A DNA stretch of 64,000 nt, taken from the NCBI GenBank assembly GCA_002774425.1, contig PEYJ01000009.1, positions 3,134-67,133 on the forward strand, given 5' to 3'. The translations under genes and the position numbers were made by a program. This document shows positions 10,400-20,138 of the stretch, one piece after another; position 1 is the first letter of the stretch, and the number at the start of each line of letters is the position of its first letter. The notes under the pieces are model-generated. The model made no database searches. It saw nothing but the letters and a program-made list of their open reading frames with translations, and was not told where the DNA came from. Source of the DNA: Parcubacteria group bacterium CG08_land_8_20_14_0_20_48_21 (GTDB taxonomy: Bacteria; Patescibacteriota; Patescibacteriia; UBA1544).

Positions 10400-10438
10400 G
10401 CATCAAAGCCGCCCGTGGTATGGACGGCTTTTTTTTGC
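10400..10438. terminator. bidirectional rho-independent terminator between convergent guaB and tig
   Basis: AAAGCCGCCCG...GGACGGCTTTTTTTTG hairpin plus T-tract. Confidence 0.6.
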
Positions 10439-10439
10439 G

Positions 10440-11741
10440 TCAGTATTCTCGCAACCCTACATTTTTTTTCGTCTGCTCTTTAAGCCACGCAATAACCTTA
10501 CGGTTGCCAAGCAGGTTGTGCATATAGCGCCGATAGGCAACGCTTTCTATTTTTTCCAAAGACTCCTGATCATGCGCGTGCTGCGCTTTTATACGATCTA
10601 ATTCTTTTGCCACTTCGTCGTCCGTCACCTGCAGTTGCTGATCGGCAAATATTTGTCGTAATACCAAAGAAGTTTTTACTCGATTCTCGGCTTGGGGCAG
10701 CATATCTTTTTCCAGCTCTTCAGCGGTTTTTTTTATTTGCAAAAGATAGTCGGAAAATTTCGCGCCCTGCTGCGCGATACTTTCCTCAAGTTCATGCAAC
10801 ATTTTATGCACTTCATTGTGCACAAGCGTTTCGGGTATGTCTCCAAACTCGCTTGCACCTACCAACGCGTCCAAAAGCGCAAGCTCCGCACGTTCTTCCT
10901 CACGCATGTCTTTTTCCGCGCGCAAATTCTCGGTAAGTTTTTTCTTGAGATCGTCAATATCTTTAGATCCTACCGTTACTGCGAAATCATTAGTAAGTTC
11001 GGGTTGGGTAATCTCCTGCACTGCATTGACCCGTACCTTGAAATCAACCGCTTTTCCCGCAATGTGTTTATCCTTATAACGCTCCGGAAAGATGATCGTA
11101 AAAGATTTTTCCTCATCTTTGGCAAGACCCTCCAATTGCTCACTCAATCCCGGGATGTACAATTCCTCGCCCAATACAACGCTCACATTTTTTCCCTGCC
11201 CACCATCAAGTGGCACCTTATCCAAAAACATTTCCATATCCAAAATCACGCGGTCGCCTTTCTGCGCAACGCCGACTTTTACGGCGGTTTGCGCGCGCAT
11301 TTTTTGCAAATCTTTCAGCATCGCATCCACTTCTTTGTCTGCAACCGTAACCGGCTTTTTGGTAAAAGCTATATTTTTGATAGCGCCAACACACACTTCG
11401 GGAAGTATAGACACCACCGCTTTGTAACTAAACGGATTCTTTGGCGCAAGCTTTACAATATCCACCTGCGGCTGACCAACTACGACGATATGCTCCTGAT
11501 CCAACACACCGTAGAGCGTTGCTTGAATCATATCCTCTGCCGCCGTTTGGTAGATGGCCATTTCACCAAGTTCCTGCCGCACCACGTCCTGCGGCACACG
11601 CCCCTTACGAAATCCTTTTTTGTGGTACTCTTGGGTAAGCTCGCGCAACGCTTTATCAACGTACGGACGCACCTCATCAACCGAGAGTTCAATGGTAAGC
11701 GCAAGCCGCCCCTTGGGCAAGGATTCTTTTTTTATATCCAT
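10440..11741 (-). CDS. tig: trigger factor
   Basis: N-terminal ribosome-binding signature GFRKGRVP, PPIase-like middle and C-terminal arm domains. Confidence 0.88.
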   Translation of the reverse strand: MDIKKESLPKGRLALTIELSVDEVRPYVDKALRELTQEYHKKGFRKGRVPQDVVRQELGEMAIYQTAAEDMIQATLYGVLDQEHIVVVGQPQVDIVKLAPKNPFSYKAVVSILPEVCVGAIKNIAFTKKPVTVADKEVDAMLKDLQKMRAQTAVKVGVAQKGDRVILDMEMFLDKVPLDGGQGKNVSVVLGEELYIPGLSEQLEGLAKDEEKSFTIIFPERYKDKHIAGKAVDFKVRVNAVQEITQPELTNDFAVTVGSKDIDDLKKKLTENLRAEKDMREEERAELALLDALVGASEFGDIPETLVHNEVHKMLHELEESIAQQGAKFSDYLLQIKKTAEELEKDMLPQAENRVKTSLVLRQIFADQQLQVTDDEVAKELDRIKAQHAHDQESLEKIESVAYRRYMHNLLGNRKVIAWLKEQTKKNVGLREY

Positions 11742-11773
11742 ATGCTAATAGTGATAGGATTGTTTATGGTTTA

Positions 11774-12220
11774 TCATGCATGCGCGATAGAGCTGTTCAA
11801 AAAAAATAATACGTGCCATTTGGTGGGTAAAGGTAAGGTGGGAAAGCGATATTTTTTTTGTACGTTCTTGAATACCCGCTCATCAAATCCCGTTGGACCG
11901 CCGACAAGGAACGCAAGATGCATACCGTGATGTTCATGATCTTGCAGCTTTTTCGCAAATATTTCCGATGACACTTCTTCGCCCGCACAATCAAGCGCAA
12001 TAACCGTATCCGCTTTCGCCGCATGCACACTCGCGAGAATATATTTTTCCTCTTTTTTTCTTGCCACATGCGCACCCGCTTCATCGGTAAAGGCACTTTC
12101 GGGAATTTCACGAACCGCTAATTTTACAAACGTGCCGAGACGTTTGCGATATTCCGCTTCGGTGCTTTTCCAGTAGTTTTCTTTCAATTTACCAACGGCG
12201 ATGAGCGTCACGCGCAACAT
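11774..12220 (-). CDS. rlmH: 23S rRNA (pseudouridine1915-N3)-methyltransferase RlmH (SPOUT)
   Basis: MLRVTLIAVGKLKENYW..., HLAFLVGGPTGF motif characteristic of RlmH. Confidence 0.75.
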   Translation of the reverse strand: MLRVTLIAVGKLKENYWKSTEAEYRKRLGTFVKLAVREIPESAFTDEAGAHVARKKEEKYILASVHAAKADTVIALDCAGEEVSSEIFAKKLQDHEHHGMHLAFLVGGPTGFDERVFKNVQKKYRFPTLPLPTKWHVLFFLNSSIAHA

Positions 12221-12472
12221 AGCCTAAGGAGCGTAGCACAGTAAAATTCGTCTTGCAACCCTGGCACGTACTAACTCCATTGCCGATATAGGCGCAATAC
12301 GCCCTTGCAGTAACGTATTTTGCCATTGACCCTGTAACGTGGTATGGTAGGGTTGGCATTACGCTCATAGCCTGGAGATACAAAGAAGCCATTACATACA
12401 GCGTTACATACAGATTGATCGCTCAACTTCCTACAACTACAGGCCACCGGCTACAACCTCCTTTCTCTTTAC

Positions 12473-15319
12473 ATGCCCTTACCTTATTTTCAAAAACCCA
12501 ATCATGATTGGCAGCATACGGAACGCGCACGGCGCTTTACCGAACGCGGGCGAGACAAAAGACGTGTTGCGCACGCCGATCCATTGCGTTTTATCCTCAT
12601 GAGTGTTCTCGTGTTAGGGTTTTTGGGGCTTGCTGGCATGCTCGGTGTTTTTGCATACATGTCACGCGACCTGCCTGATCCCAATCAACTTAGTGAGCGC
12701 GTCGTACCCCTTTCAACTAAAATCTATGACCGCACGGGAGAAGTTCTTCTTTATGAAATCCACGGTAATCAGCAGCGCACACTCATCAAATTGCAGGATC
12801 TGCCTGATTATGTAAAATGGGCGGCTATTATAACGGAAGATAAAAACTTCTATGCGCATCCCGGCATAGATTTGAAGGGTACGCTGCGTGCCATTATCGT
12901 GAATGTGTTGCGCGGCGAGAGGGCACAGGGAGGATCCACCATCACGCAACAGCTCATAAAAAATTCCCTTCTCACAACAGAGAAAAAGTATTCACGTAAG
13001 ATAAAGGAGTGGGTATTGGCATACCGACTGGAGCAAAAATTTAGTAAGGATGAAATTCTTCAGCTCTATTTTAACGAGATTCCCTATGGCTCAACCGCTT
13101 ATGGTATAGAGGCGGCATCACAAACTTATTTTGGAAAATCTGTGTGCAACCTCACGATAGCGGAAGCCGCTACCATCGCGGCCATGACGCAGGCGCCAAC
13201 CTACTATTCGCCGTACGGATCACACAAGGACGAACTGCTAAATCGGCGGCGCTATGTCATTGACCAGTTGGTGGAAAGCGGCCATATCACCAAGGATGAG
13301 GGTGATGGAGCGAGGGCAGAGGAACCTGTTTTTAAAGAACGTAGCCAAAATATCACCGCGCCGCATTTTGTGATGTACGTGCAAGAATTGCTCACGAAAA
13401 CCTACGGAGAAAAATTGGTTGAGCAAGGGGGATTAAAAGTTACTACAACACTGGATGCGGGGCTACAAAAAATCGCTGAAGATACGATAACCGAAAAAAT
13501 TCCCGATCTTGAAGAACGGTGGAATGCCACAAATGCGGCACTCGTCGCGCTTGATCCGAAAACCCAGCAGATTCTTGCCATGGTAGGCTCACGTGATTTT
13601 TTTGATGAGACGATAGACGGACAGGTCAATGTCGCCCTGCGTCCGCGCCAACCGGGTTCATCATTTAAACCAATTGCCTACGCCGCGGGTTTCATCAAAG
13701 GCTATACGCCGGACACCGCGCTTTTTGACGTACAGACAATTTTTAAAACAGACACCGAAGATTATGAGCCGCACAATTACGACTCAAAAGAGCATGGGTT
13801 GGTGACCGTACGCGAAGCACTACAGCAATCACTCAACATTCCAGCCGTAAAAATGCTGTATTTAACAGGTATTGAGAACGTGCTGCAGCTTGCCGAAAAA
13901 CTTGGCTACACCACCTTCGTCGATAGATCTCGTTTTGGCTTGTCCCTTGTGCTCGGTGGCGGAGAGGTAAAATTATTGGAACATACAAGCGCGTTCGCCA
14001 TATTTGCCGATGAAGGTGTTCGGGCACACGCGACAACGCCGATTTTACAGGTTACCGATAAGGATGGTCGCATTCTTGAAACATATAAAGAACAGCCTGA
14101 GGAACTGCTGGATAAAGAAATTGCCCGCACGATAACTGCCATCTTAAGCGACAATGCGGCGCGCACTCCGACGTTCGGCGAGCACAATCTCCTCACCCTT
14201 CCCGATAGGTCGGTTGCGGCAAAAACTGGCACCACCAACGACTATAGAGATGCGTGGCTCATCGGCTATACGCCATCGCTTGCCGCGGGTGTTTGGGCTG
14301 GGAATAATGATTTTTCGGAAATGAAACGCGGTGGAGGTGGCTCATCGGTTACCGGTCCAATCTGGAATGCGTTTATGCGGGATGCCCTTAAAGAAACGCC
14401 GCCGGAATCTTTCACCAAACCAAAGCCAATGAAATCCGATAAACCAATACTTAGCGGCAAGGCGCAGGTTACAATAAAAGTTGACCGTATTTCCGGAAAA
14501 CCCGCAACCGAATTTACGCCAGACTATCTCATTGAAGAACGCACGTTTATTGAGCCACATTCTATTCTGCACTATGTCAATAAAGATGACCCGCAAGGTC
14601 CAGCTCCTACGGATCCGTCTTTGGACCCGCAGTACGCGGGATGGGAAGCGGGTGTTGTCGCGTGGTTTGCAAAAAATAAAACGGAGTATACCAACCTTAC
14701 GCCACTGCCGACCAATCTTCCTGATGAGGGTATAGCGCCAACTGTTGCGTTTGACGGACTGGCAGATAACGCACGCGTCACTACTACCCCGCTTCAGGTA
14801 AGCGTCAAGCTTTATGCGCCGTTAGGTATTGACCGCGTGGAATATTTTTTAAATGAAACACGCATCGGCATTAACCACCTCTGGCCTTTCAATCTTACGG
14901 CAATGGTAGTTGGAATGCCAAGTGGTTACTACACCCTGCGCGCGGTTACGTATGATACCGCCGAAAATATCGGCTATGCGGAAAAAACGGTTAGTTTGAT
15001 TATTCCATCCAATAATCCGGTACTTTCTTGGTCCTATCCGGAAAATAACGCGGTACTCCGTACGAAAGACTTTCCGCTCTATCTGCAATTAACTCTCGGC
15101 TATCCGGAAACGGTCTATGAGCTGGCAATCACCGCGCGGTCGGATGCGAGTGAAAAATTTACCATTCAGGATTTTACCGGAAATACTTTCCAGCCATCCG
15201 CAAAGGCGTTGTGGGAAACAACCCCGGATATAGGGACGTACACTCTCACCGCAACCGCATTCAACCTTTATGGCGGCAAGTTGGGTGAAGAATCACTTAC
15301 CATACGCGTTGCAGAATAA
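12473..15319 (+). CDS. class A penicillin-binding protein (PBP1A-type transglycosylase/transpeptidase) with ~250 aa C-terminal extension
   Basis: GT51 motifs (EDKNFYAHPGID, GGSTITQQL, RKIKEW), transpeptidase SxxK (SSFKP), SxN and KTGT motifs; N-terminal TM. Start could be the downstream Met at ~12599. Confidence 0.88.
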   Translation: MPLPYFQKPNHDWQHTERARRFTERGRDKRRVAHADPLRFILMSVLVLGFLGLAGMLGVFAYMSRDLPDPNQLSERVVPLSTKIYDRTGEVLLYEIHGNQQRTLIKLQDLPDYVKWAAIITEDKNFYAHPGIDLKGTLRAIIVNVLRGERAQGGSTITQQLIKNSLLTTEKKYSRKIKEWVLAYRLEQKFSKDEILQLYFNEIPYGSTAYGIEAASQTYFGKSVCNLTIAEAATIAAMTQAPTYYSPYGSHKDELLNRRRYVIDQLVESGHITKDEGDGARAEEPVFKERSQNITAPHFVMYVQELLTKTYGEKLVEQGGLKVTTTLDAGLQKIAEDTITEKIPDLEERWNATNAALVALDPKTQQILAMVGSRDFFDETIDGQVNVALRPRQPGSSFKPIAYAAGFIKGYTPDTALFDVQTIFKTDTEDYEPHNYDSKEHGLVTVREALQQSLNIPAVKMLYLTGIENVLQLAEKLGYTTFVDRSRFGLSLVLGGGEVKLLEHTSAFAIFADEGVRAHATTPILQVTDKDGRILETYKEQPEELLDKEIARTITAILSDNAARTPTFGEHNLLTLPDRSVAAKTGTTNDYRDAWLIGYTPSLAAGVWAGNNDFSEMKRGGGGSSVTGPIWNAFMRDALKETPPESFTKPKPMKSDKPILSGKAQVTIKVDRISGKPATEFTPDYLIEERTFIEPHSILHYVNKDDPQGPAPTDPSLDPQYAGWEAGVVAWFAKNKTEYTNLTPLPTNLPDEGIAPTVAFDGLADNARVTTTPLQVSVKLYAPLGIDRVEYFLNETRIGINHLWPFNLTAMVVGMPSGYYTLRAVTYDTAENIGYAEKTVSLIIPSNNPVLSWSYPENNAVLRTKDFPLYLQLTLGYPETVYELAITARSDASEKFTIQDFTGNTFQPSAKALWETTPDIGTYTLTATAFNLYGGKLGEESLTIRVAE

Positions 15320-15339
15320 ATGATCCTGTATTCGTTTCA

Positions 15340-15372
15340 TAAAACCCTCGCTTGCGACAAGGGTTTATTTCG
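15340..15372. terminator. bidirectional terminator between convergent PBP gene and exonuclease gene
   Basis: AAAACCCTCGCTTGCGACAAGGGTTTATTT hairpin with flanking A/T tracts. Confidence 0.55.
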
Positions 15373-15399
15373 TGCTGTGCATGGTACGTTGTTGGTTAT

Positions 15400-16227
15400 T
15401 TATATCTGCCTCTTATAATTTCCCGGCACCTTGTACTGCTGACCGGTAAAGTGCGGATGAGAGATTTTAGGTATTGCAAATATTTTTCTCGTGTTGTGTG
15501 TGTGGGAAAACGCTTCCAGCACGCCATCTCCCACCGCATAAACGTCCAGTACCAGCTCTTGCGGTTCACCCGATCCAAAGAGCACATTCGTTTCTTCGTA
15601 GCAAACGCGCATCTGCCACCCTTCCCGCGCGGCGTGAGAAAAAAGTTCCGGGTAGGTTTCTACCGTTAAATTTTTTAAACCCCAATTCACCGGAAGCGTA
15701 TAAACGGTTGTCCCATCCTTTCCAACAAACTTGACCGAGTGGTGTTTTTCCCCGTATGCATACAAATCTCGCGTCAGCCGCACATCATCAATGCAGTAGC
15801 GCGTCAGCTCCGTCATGCGCCCATCCTTCCAAAGATCCAGCGCTTCCAGACCTGATCCGGACTTGCCTTCACCTAAAGTTGCTTTGACCAAATTATCAAG
15901 TTTGAGTCTCCTGCCCAAAACCTCAACCACCTCTTCGAGTATATCCAGATGCGGAATAGTACGCATATCCACTACTTCAAGGTGTGGTTGGATAACCGGC
16001 ACGTCAAAACGTTTGCTGTTAAATCCAACGAGCAAATCAGTATGTTTCAGCAACTCCTCAAACCCTTGCATTTCATGCTCCCGAAACGCCAGAAATTTAC
16101 CATACGTATAGCTATATACGCCCAGCACCGATATGCCGAGTTCGCCAAAACGATCTTCGGAATTTTGTCCCCCGATATCTGCAAAGGACTTTTGCGTTTC
16201 CACATCAAAAACGAGAATGTCCCGCAT
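15400..16227 (-). CDS. DEDD-family 3'-5' exonuclease (DnaQ/RNase T-like) with ~110 aa C-terminal extension
   Basis: Exo I motif LVFDVETQ, Exo II FNSKRFD, Exo III YCIDDVRLTRDLY. Confidence 0.65.
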   Translation of the reverse strand: MRDILVFDVETQKSFADIGGQNSEDRFGELGISVLGVYSYTYGKFLAFREHEMQGFEELLKHTDLLVGFNSKRFDVPVIQPHLEVVDMRTIPHLDILEEVVEVLGRRLKLDNLVKATLGEGKSGSGLEALDLWKDGRMTELTRYCIDDVRLTRDLYAYGEKHHSVKFVGKDGTTVYTLPVNWGLKNLTVETYPELFSHAAREGWQMRVCYEETNVLFGSGEPQELVLDVYAVGDGVLEAFSHTHNTRKIFAIPKISHPHFTGQQYKVPGNYKRQI

Positions 16228-16301
16228 ACAACCTACGGCTAACTACTCGCGACCCTGAAATGGATGGCCATTGGCATGAGTGGCGCGTGGTAAATGATGG
16301 G

Positions 16302-18659
16302 TTATTTTTTTAGCGCAATTTTAAGCGCATCGTCCGCGTATGCAACAAAAGTAAACTTTAATTTTTTTCGCACATCATCAGGGATATCATCCAAATCTTT
16401 TTCATTATCTTTCGGGAGCAGCACTTGCTCAACTCCCGCACGATGCGCCGCCAAGACCTTTTCCTTCACACCGCCGATTTCCAAAATTCTGCCGCGCAAA
16501 GTAATTTCACCCGTCATACCAACCTCCCGCCTTACCTTTTTCCCCGTCATGAGCGAGGCAAGCGTCGTTGCCATCGCAACGCCGGCGGAAGGACCGTCTT
16601 TGGGTATTGCTCCTTCGGGAACATGCACATGTACGTCTATTTTTTCAAAGGCATTGGGCGCAAGCTGCAATATTTTTGCGCGCGACTTAATAAAGGAAAA
16701 TGCCGCCTGCGCTGACTCTTTCATAACCTCGCCTAATTGTCCTGTGAGAATGAGATTGCCCTTGCCGGGCATTTTTGTCGCTTCAATGAACAGAATTTCT
16801 CCACCCGCCTCCGTCCACGCAAGACCCGTTGAAACACCGACTTCATCTTTTTCCTCGGCAACGGTATGTTTGTATTTCTCGGTGCCAAGATAGGCGCGTA
16901 TATCTTGTACGCCGACCGTAAAGCGTTTTTTCCCGCCTTCAGTTATTTTGCGCGCAACTTTGCGCGCAATTTTAGCCAAGGTACGCTCAAGATTACGCAC
17001 CCCCGCTTCACGCGTATACTTTTGAATAATATGCCGCAACGCGTCATCCTCAAGTACAAATGATGCTTTTTTTAATCCATGCTCCTCCATGATTTTTGGC
17101 AGTAAAAACTTTTTTGCGATGTGAAATTTTTCATCCTCAATGTAGCTGGAAAATTCAATAACCTCCATGCGGTCGCGCAGAGGAGGTGGGATTGTATCCA
17201 GTACGTTTGCCGTTGTTATAAACATAACTCCTGAGAGATCAAACGGCTCTTCAATGTAGTGGTCGGAAAAATCTTTATTCTGTTCCGGATCCAGCGCTTC
17301 TAAAAGTGCGGATGACGGATCACCGCGAAAGTCGGTTCCTATTTTATCAATTTCATCCAGCATAAACACCGGGTTTTTGGTTCCAGCTTTTTTGATGCCC
17401 TGGATAATCCTCCCCGGCAACGCCCCAACGTAGGTGCGGCGGTGTCCGCGTATTTCCGCTTCATCCCTGATACCGCCAACCGATACGCGCACAAACTCCC
17501 GTCCCAAACTTTCAGCAATGGATTTGCCGATAGATGTTTTACCGGTTCCGGGAGGCCCCGCAAAGCATAGAATAGGTCCCCGAATTTTACCGGAAAGTTT
17601 CTGCACTGCGAGATACTCTAAAATGCGCTCCTTGACTTTACCAAGTCCGTAGTGCTGTTCATCCAGGGTCTTTTCGGCTTTTTTCACATCTATCTTTATC
17701 TTGCTTTGCTTATTCCATGGCAGATCAGTGAGCCACTCCAGATAGGTGCGTATGTAAGAAGTCTCGGGAGAAAATGGCGGCATTTTTTTCAGCCGATCAA
17801 ATTCTTTGCGCGCTCGCTCTTGTATTTTTTTCGGCATGCCAACCTCTTCTATCTTTTTTGCGATATCGGAAAATTCTCCCTCCTCTTCAGATATGCCCAG
17901 TTCTTTTTCAATAGCACGCATTTGCTCGCGCAGAAACACCTCTTTTTGCATTTTACCAAGAGATTTTTGAGTTTCCGATTGCAGCTTACGCTCAACTTTG
18001 GATATTTCTATTTCTTCAGCGAGAAACTTGCTTAGTTTTTTCAGGCGGTCCGACGTATGTGATGCCTCTAAAAGCTCCTGTCGCTGAGAAACGTCAAAAT
18101 CCAAATTTGCCACCATAAGGTCGGTTAGACGTTCCGGGTCGTTGCCTTGAGAAAAAATTTCAATGAGTACGTCTACCGGCACGGTCCGGCCAAGAGATAT
18201 CACTTGTTTGAATTGGTTGATAATAGTGCGCACAAGCGCCTCCAAATACGGGGTGCGCTCCGTCATAACCACGAGCGGTTCAATATGCGCAACTTGATAG
18301 GTCGCAATATTTTCTAAATTAATAATACGCACGCGGGCAATGCCATCGGCTATGAGCTGTGCCGCACCTCCGGCAGAACGCATAACCTGGGTAATACGCG
18401 CAACCGTGCCAACGGCATAAATATCGTCCCTGGATGGATTATTGATCTCTATCCTCTTTTGGCAGGAGAAGAGGATGATGCGATCTTGCTTCAATGATGC
18501 TTCAAGCGCGGCAAGTGACTTTGGACGCTCTACCGCGATAGGAACCACTTCATGCGGAAATACCACCGTATCCCGTAAAGGGATAAAAGGCAGGTGTTTT
18601 TTTATGGTAATTTTATTCTGTTTTTTCTCAACATCCGTTCGGATGAGTTCTTCGGGCAT
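16302..18659 (-). CDS. lon: ATP-dependent protease La (Lon)
   Basis: LonN domain, Walker A GPPGTGKTS, protease Ser motif PKDGPSAGVAM, full length 785 aa. Confidence 0.95.
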   Translation of the reverse strand: MPEELIRTDVEKKQNKITIKKHLPFIPLRDTVVFPHEVVPIAVERPKSLAALEASLKQDRIILFSCQKRIEINNPSRDDIYAVGTVARITQVMRSAGGAAQLIADGIARVRIINLENIATYQVAHIEPLVVMTERTPYLEALVRTIINQFKQVISLGRTVPVDVLIEIFSQGNDPERLTDLMVANLDFDVSQRQELLEASHTSDRLKKLSKFLAEEIEISKVERKLQSETQKSLGKMQKEVFLREQMRAIEKELGISEEEGEFSDIAKKIEEVGMPKKIQERARKEFDRLKKMPPFSPETSYIRTYLEWLTDLPWNKQSKIKIDVKKAEKTLDEQHYGLGKVKERILEYLAVQKLSGKIRGPILCFAGPPGTGKTSIGKSIAESLGREFVRVSVGGIRDEAEIRGHRRTYVGALPGRIIQGIKKAGTKNPVFMLDEIDKIGTDFRGDPSSALLEALDPEQNKDFSDHYIEEPFDLSGVMFITTANVLDTIPPPLRDRMEVIEFSSYIEDEKFHIAKKFLLPKIMEEHGLKKASFVLEDDALRHIIQKYTREAGVRNLERTLAKIARKVARKITEGGKKRFTVGVQDIRAYLGTEKYKHTVAEEKDEVGVSTGLAWTEAGGEILFIEATKMPGKGNLILTGQLGEVMKESAQAAFSFIKSRAKILQLAPNAFEKIDVHVHVPEGAIPKDGPSAGVAMATTLASLMTGKKVRREVGMTGEITLRGRILEIGGVKEKVLAAHRAGVEQVLLPKDNEKDLDDIPDDVRKKLKFTFVAYADDALKIALKK

Positions 18660-18728
18660 ACTAAAAAATTACTACTACATTGTTCACCAGCGTAACACGA
18701 TTATTGAGAGAAGTCCATCTTACTACCA

Positions 18729-19862
18729 CTAGCGACGTATCGGCATGACCAGATAGAGATAGGGTTGTTTGGGGGTGTCCGCCGGCTCAAAGATACATGG
18801 TGTCGTGCTGTCGGCGATTTTCAGCATAACTTTTCCGGCGTGCAGCGCATTAAGCCCCTCAATAACATACCGGTGATTAAGCGTCGTGGTAATATCAGGC
18901 CCTTGTATATCTCCCTCAAGCGTAACCGCATTCTCCCCGAATTGTGTTGATGATGCAGATAGCGTAAGTTGCTGTTGAGCAGTGTTGCTAGTAAAGACAA
19001 CATCGCATACGCCTGCTTTTGAGAAGAGGCTTGCACTTTTCACGAGGCGCGATAGCGTTGCGGTTGCCACAATTGCCGTAGTTGTGGTATTTTGCGGAAT
19101 AATCTGCCGGTATTCGGGGTAGACACCATCAATCAAACGAGAAATAATCTCTATGGTATCAAGCGTAAAAAGTATTTGTCCTTCTTGTATGTAGAGTGTG
19201 AGCCGTTCATCTTCATTTTCAAATGTATACAATATGCGCAAGAGCTCCTGCAGGGTGCGTAAGGGAATGATGGTTGAAAAATCGTTTTCTGGACCGCTAT
19301 GTGTTAAAATTTTTCTCTCGCCCAACCGATAACTATCCGTACCAACAAGTGTAAGAATTTTATCTTTCACCTCGTAAGACAAAGACGCGCCACTAATCTC
19401 CTGGCGAGATTCGTGCGGTGATATAGTAAAAAGAACTTGCTCAAGCGCGTCACGGAACTGAATCGCGCCGCATGTAAGTGGATTTATTTTATCTGTGTTG
19501 GGAAGTGGGGGAAATTCGGCTGCGGGAACGCCGCGTATTTTTGTGTAGTAGTTCGCACAACGCACCTCAAGTACATCTTCTTTTAGTTCAAGGTCAACCT
19601 TTTCGTTCGGGAGTAGGTTAACATATTCAGTTAAGAGTCGCGCATCAAACGTATACGCCCCTTCCTTTTCCACTTTACCTCGAATAGTTGATCGCACGCC
19701 CATTTCAAGATTATTACTAATGCACTCTATCACACCTTTATCGGTCGCGCGTAAGAGAATGTTTTGTAGGATGGGAAGGTTTGTGGACTTGTGCGGTATT
19801 CTCCCCGCAACATGTAATCCTTTTTTAAGGTTGTCCTGAAGGCATTGAAATCTCATACACAC
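18729..19862 (-). CDS. dnaN: DNA polymerase III beta sliding clamp
   Basis: 377 aa three-domain clamp; position immediately downstream of dnaA. Confidence 0.85.
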   Translation of the reverse strand: MCMRFQCLQDNLKKGLHVAGRIPHKSTNLPILQNILLRATDKGVIECISNNLEMGVRSTIRGKVEKEGAYTFDARLLTEYVNLLPNEKVDLELKEDVLEVRCANYYTKIRGVPAAEFPPLPNTDKINPLTCGAIQFRDALEQVLFTISPHESRQEISGASLSYEVKDKILTLVGTDSYRLGERKILTHSGPENDFSTIIPLRTLQELLRILYTFENEDERLTLYIQEGQILFTLDTIEIISRLIDGVYPEYRQIIPQNTTTTAIVATATLSRLVKSASLFSKAGVCDVVFTSNTAQQQLTLSASSTQFGENAVTLEGDIQGPDITTTLNHRYVIEGLNALHAGKVMLKIADSTTPCIFEPADTPKQPYLYLVMPIRR

Positions 19863-20138
19863 GCGGAGGTAGTATTAAAGAGTATAAAATACTATATTAA
19901 ATCAATAATAGTAATAAGGGCTGTGTAAACTGTGGGAAAGGAGAAATACAGCAGTTGCAATAGGCGCTCAAACTATAAGAAAGTGTGGATGAGTATCAAC
20001 AAGTGTTCAACAATGTAAAGTGTGTAGATACAGTAGAGTGTATAACTCACGAATTGTACACCTATAAGCAGCACGTCTATCCACAGTAAAATGCCGTATA
20101 AGTACCACCTTCCACACAATACATACACCGTACATTTC
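19863..20138. other. candidate oriC: DnaA boxes plus AT-rich unwinding element between dnaA and dnaN
   Basis: AT-rich tract 19871-19920; near-consensus DnaA boxes TGTGGATGA (19984-19992) and CTATCCACA (20077-20085), weaker TGTGGGAAA (19931-19939). Confidence 0.55.

Noticed and set aside
10692-11930. 412-aa ORF on the plus strand
   Set aside because: Antisense to the well-supported trigger factor gene. The translation is low-complexity (F/L/K/R-rich) and typical of a shadow ORF.
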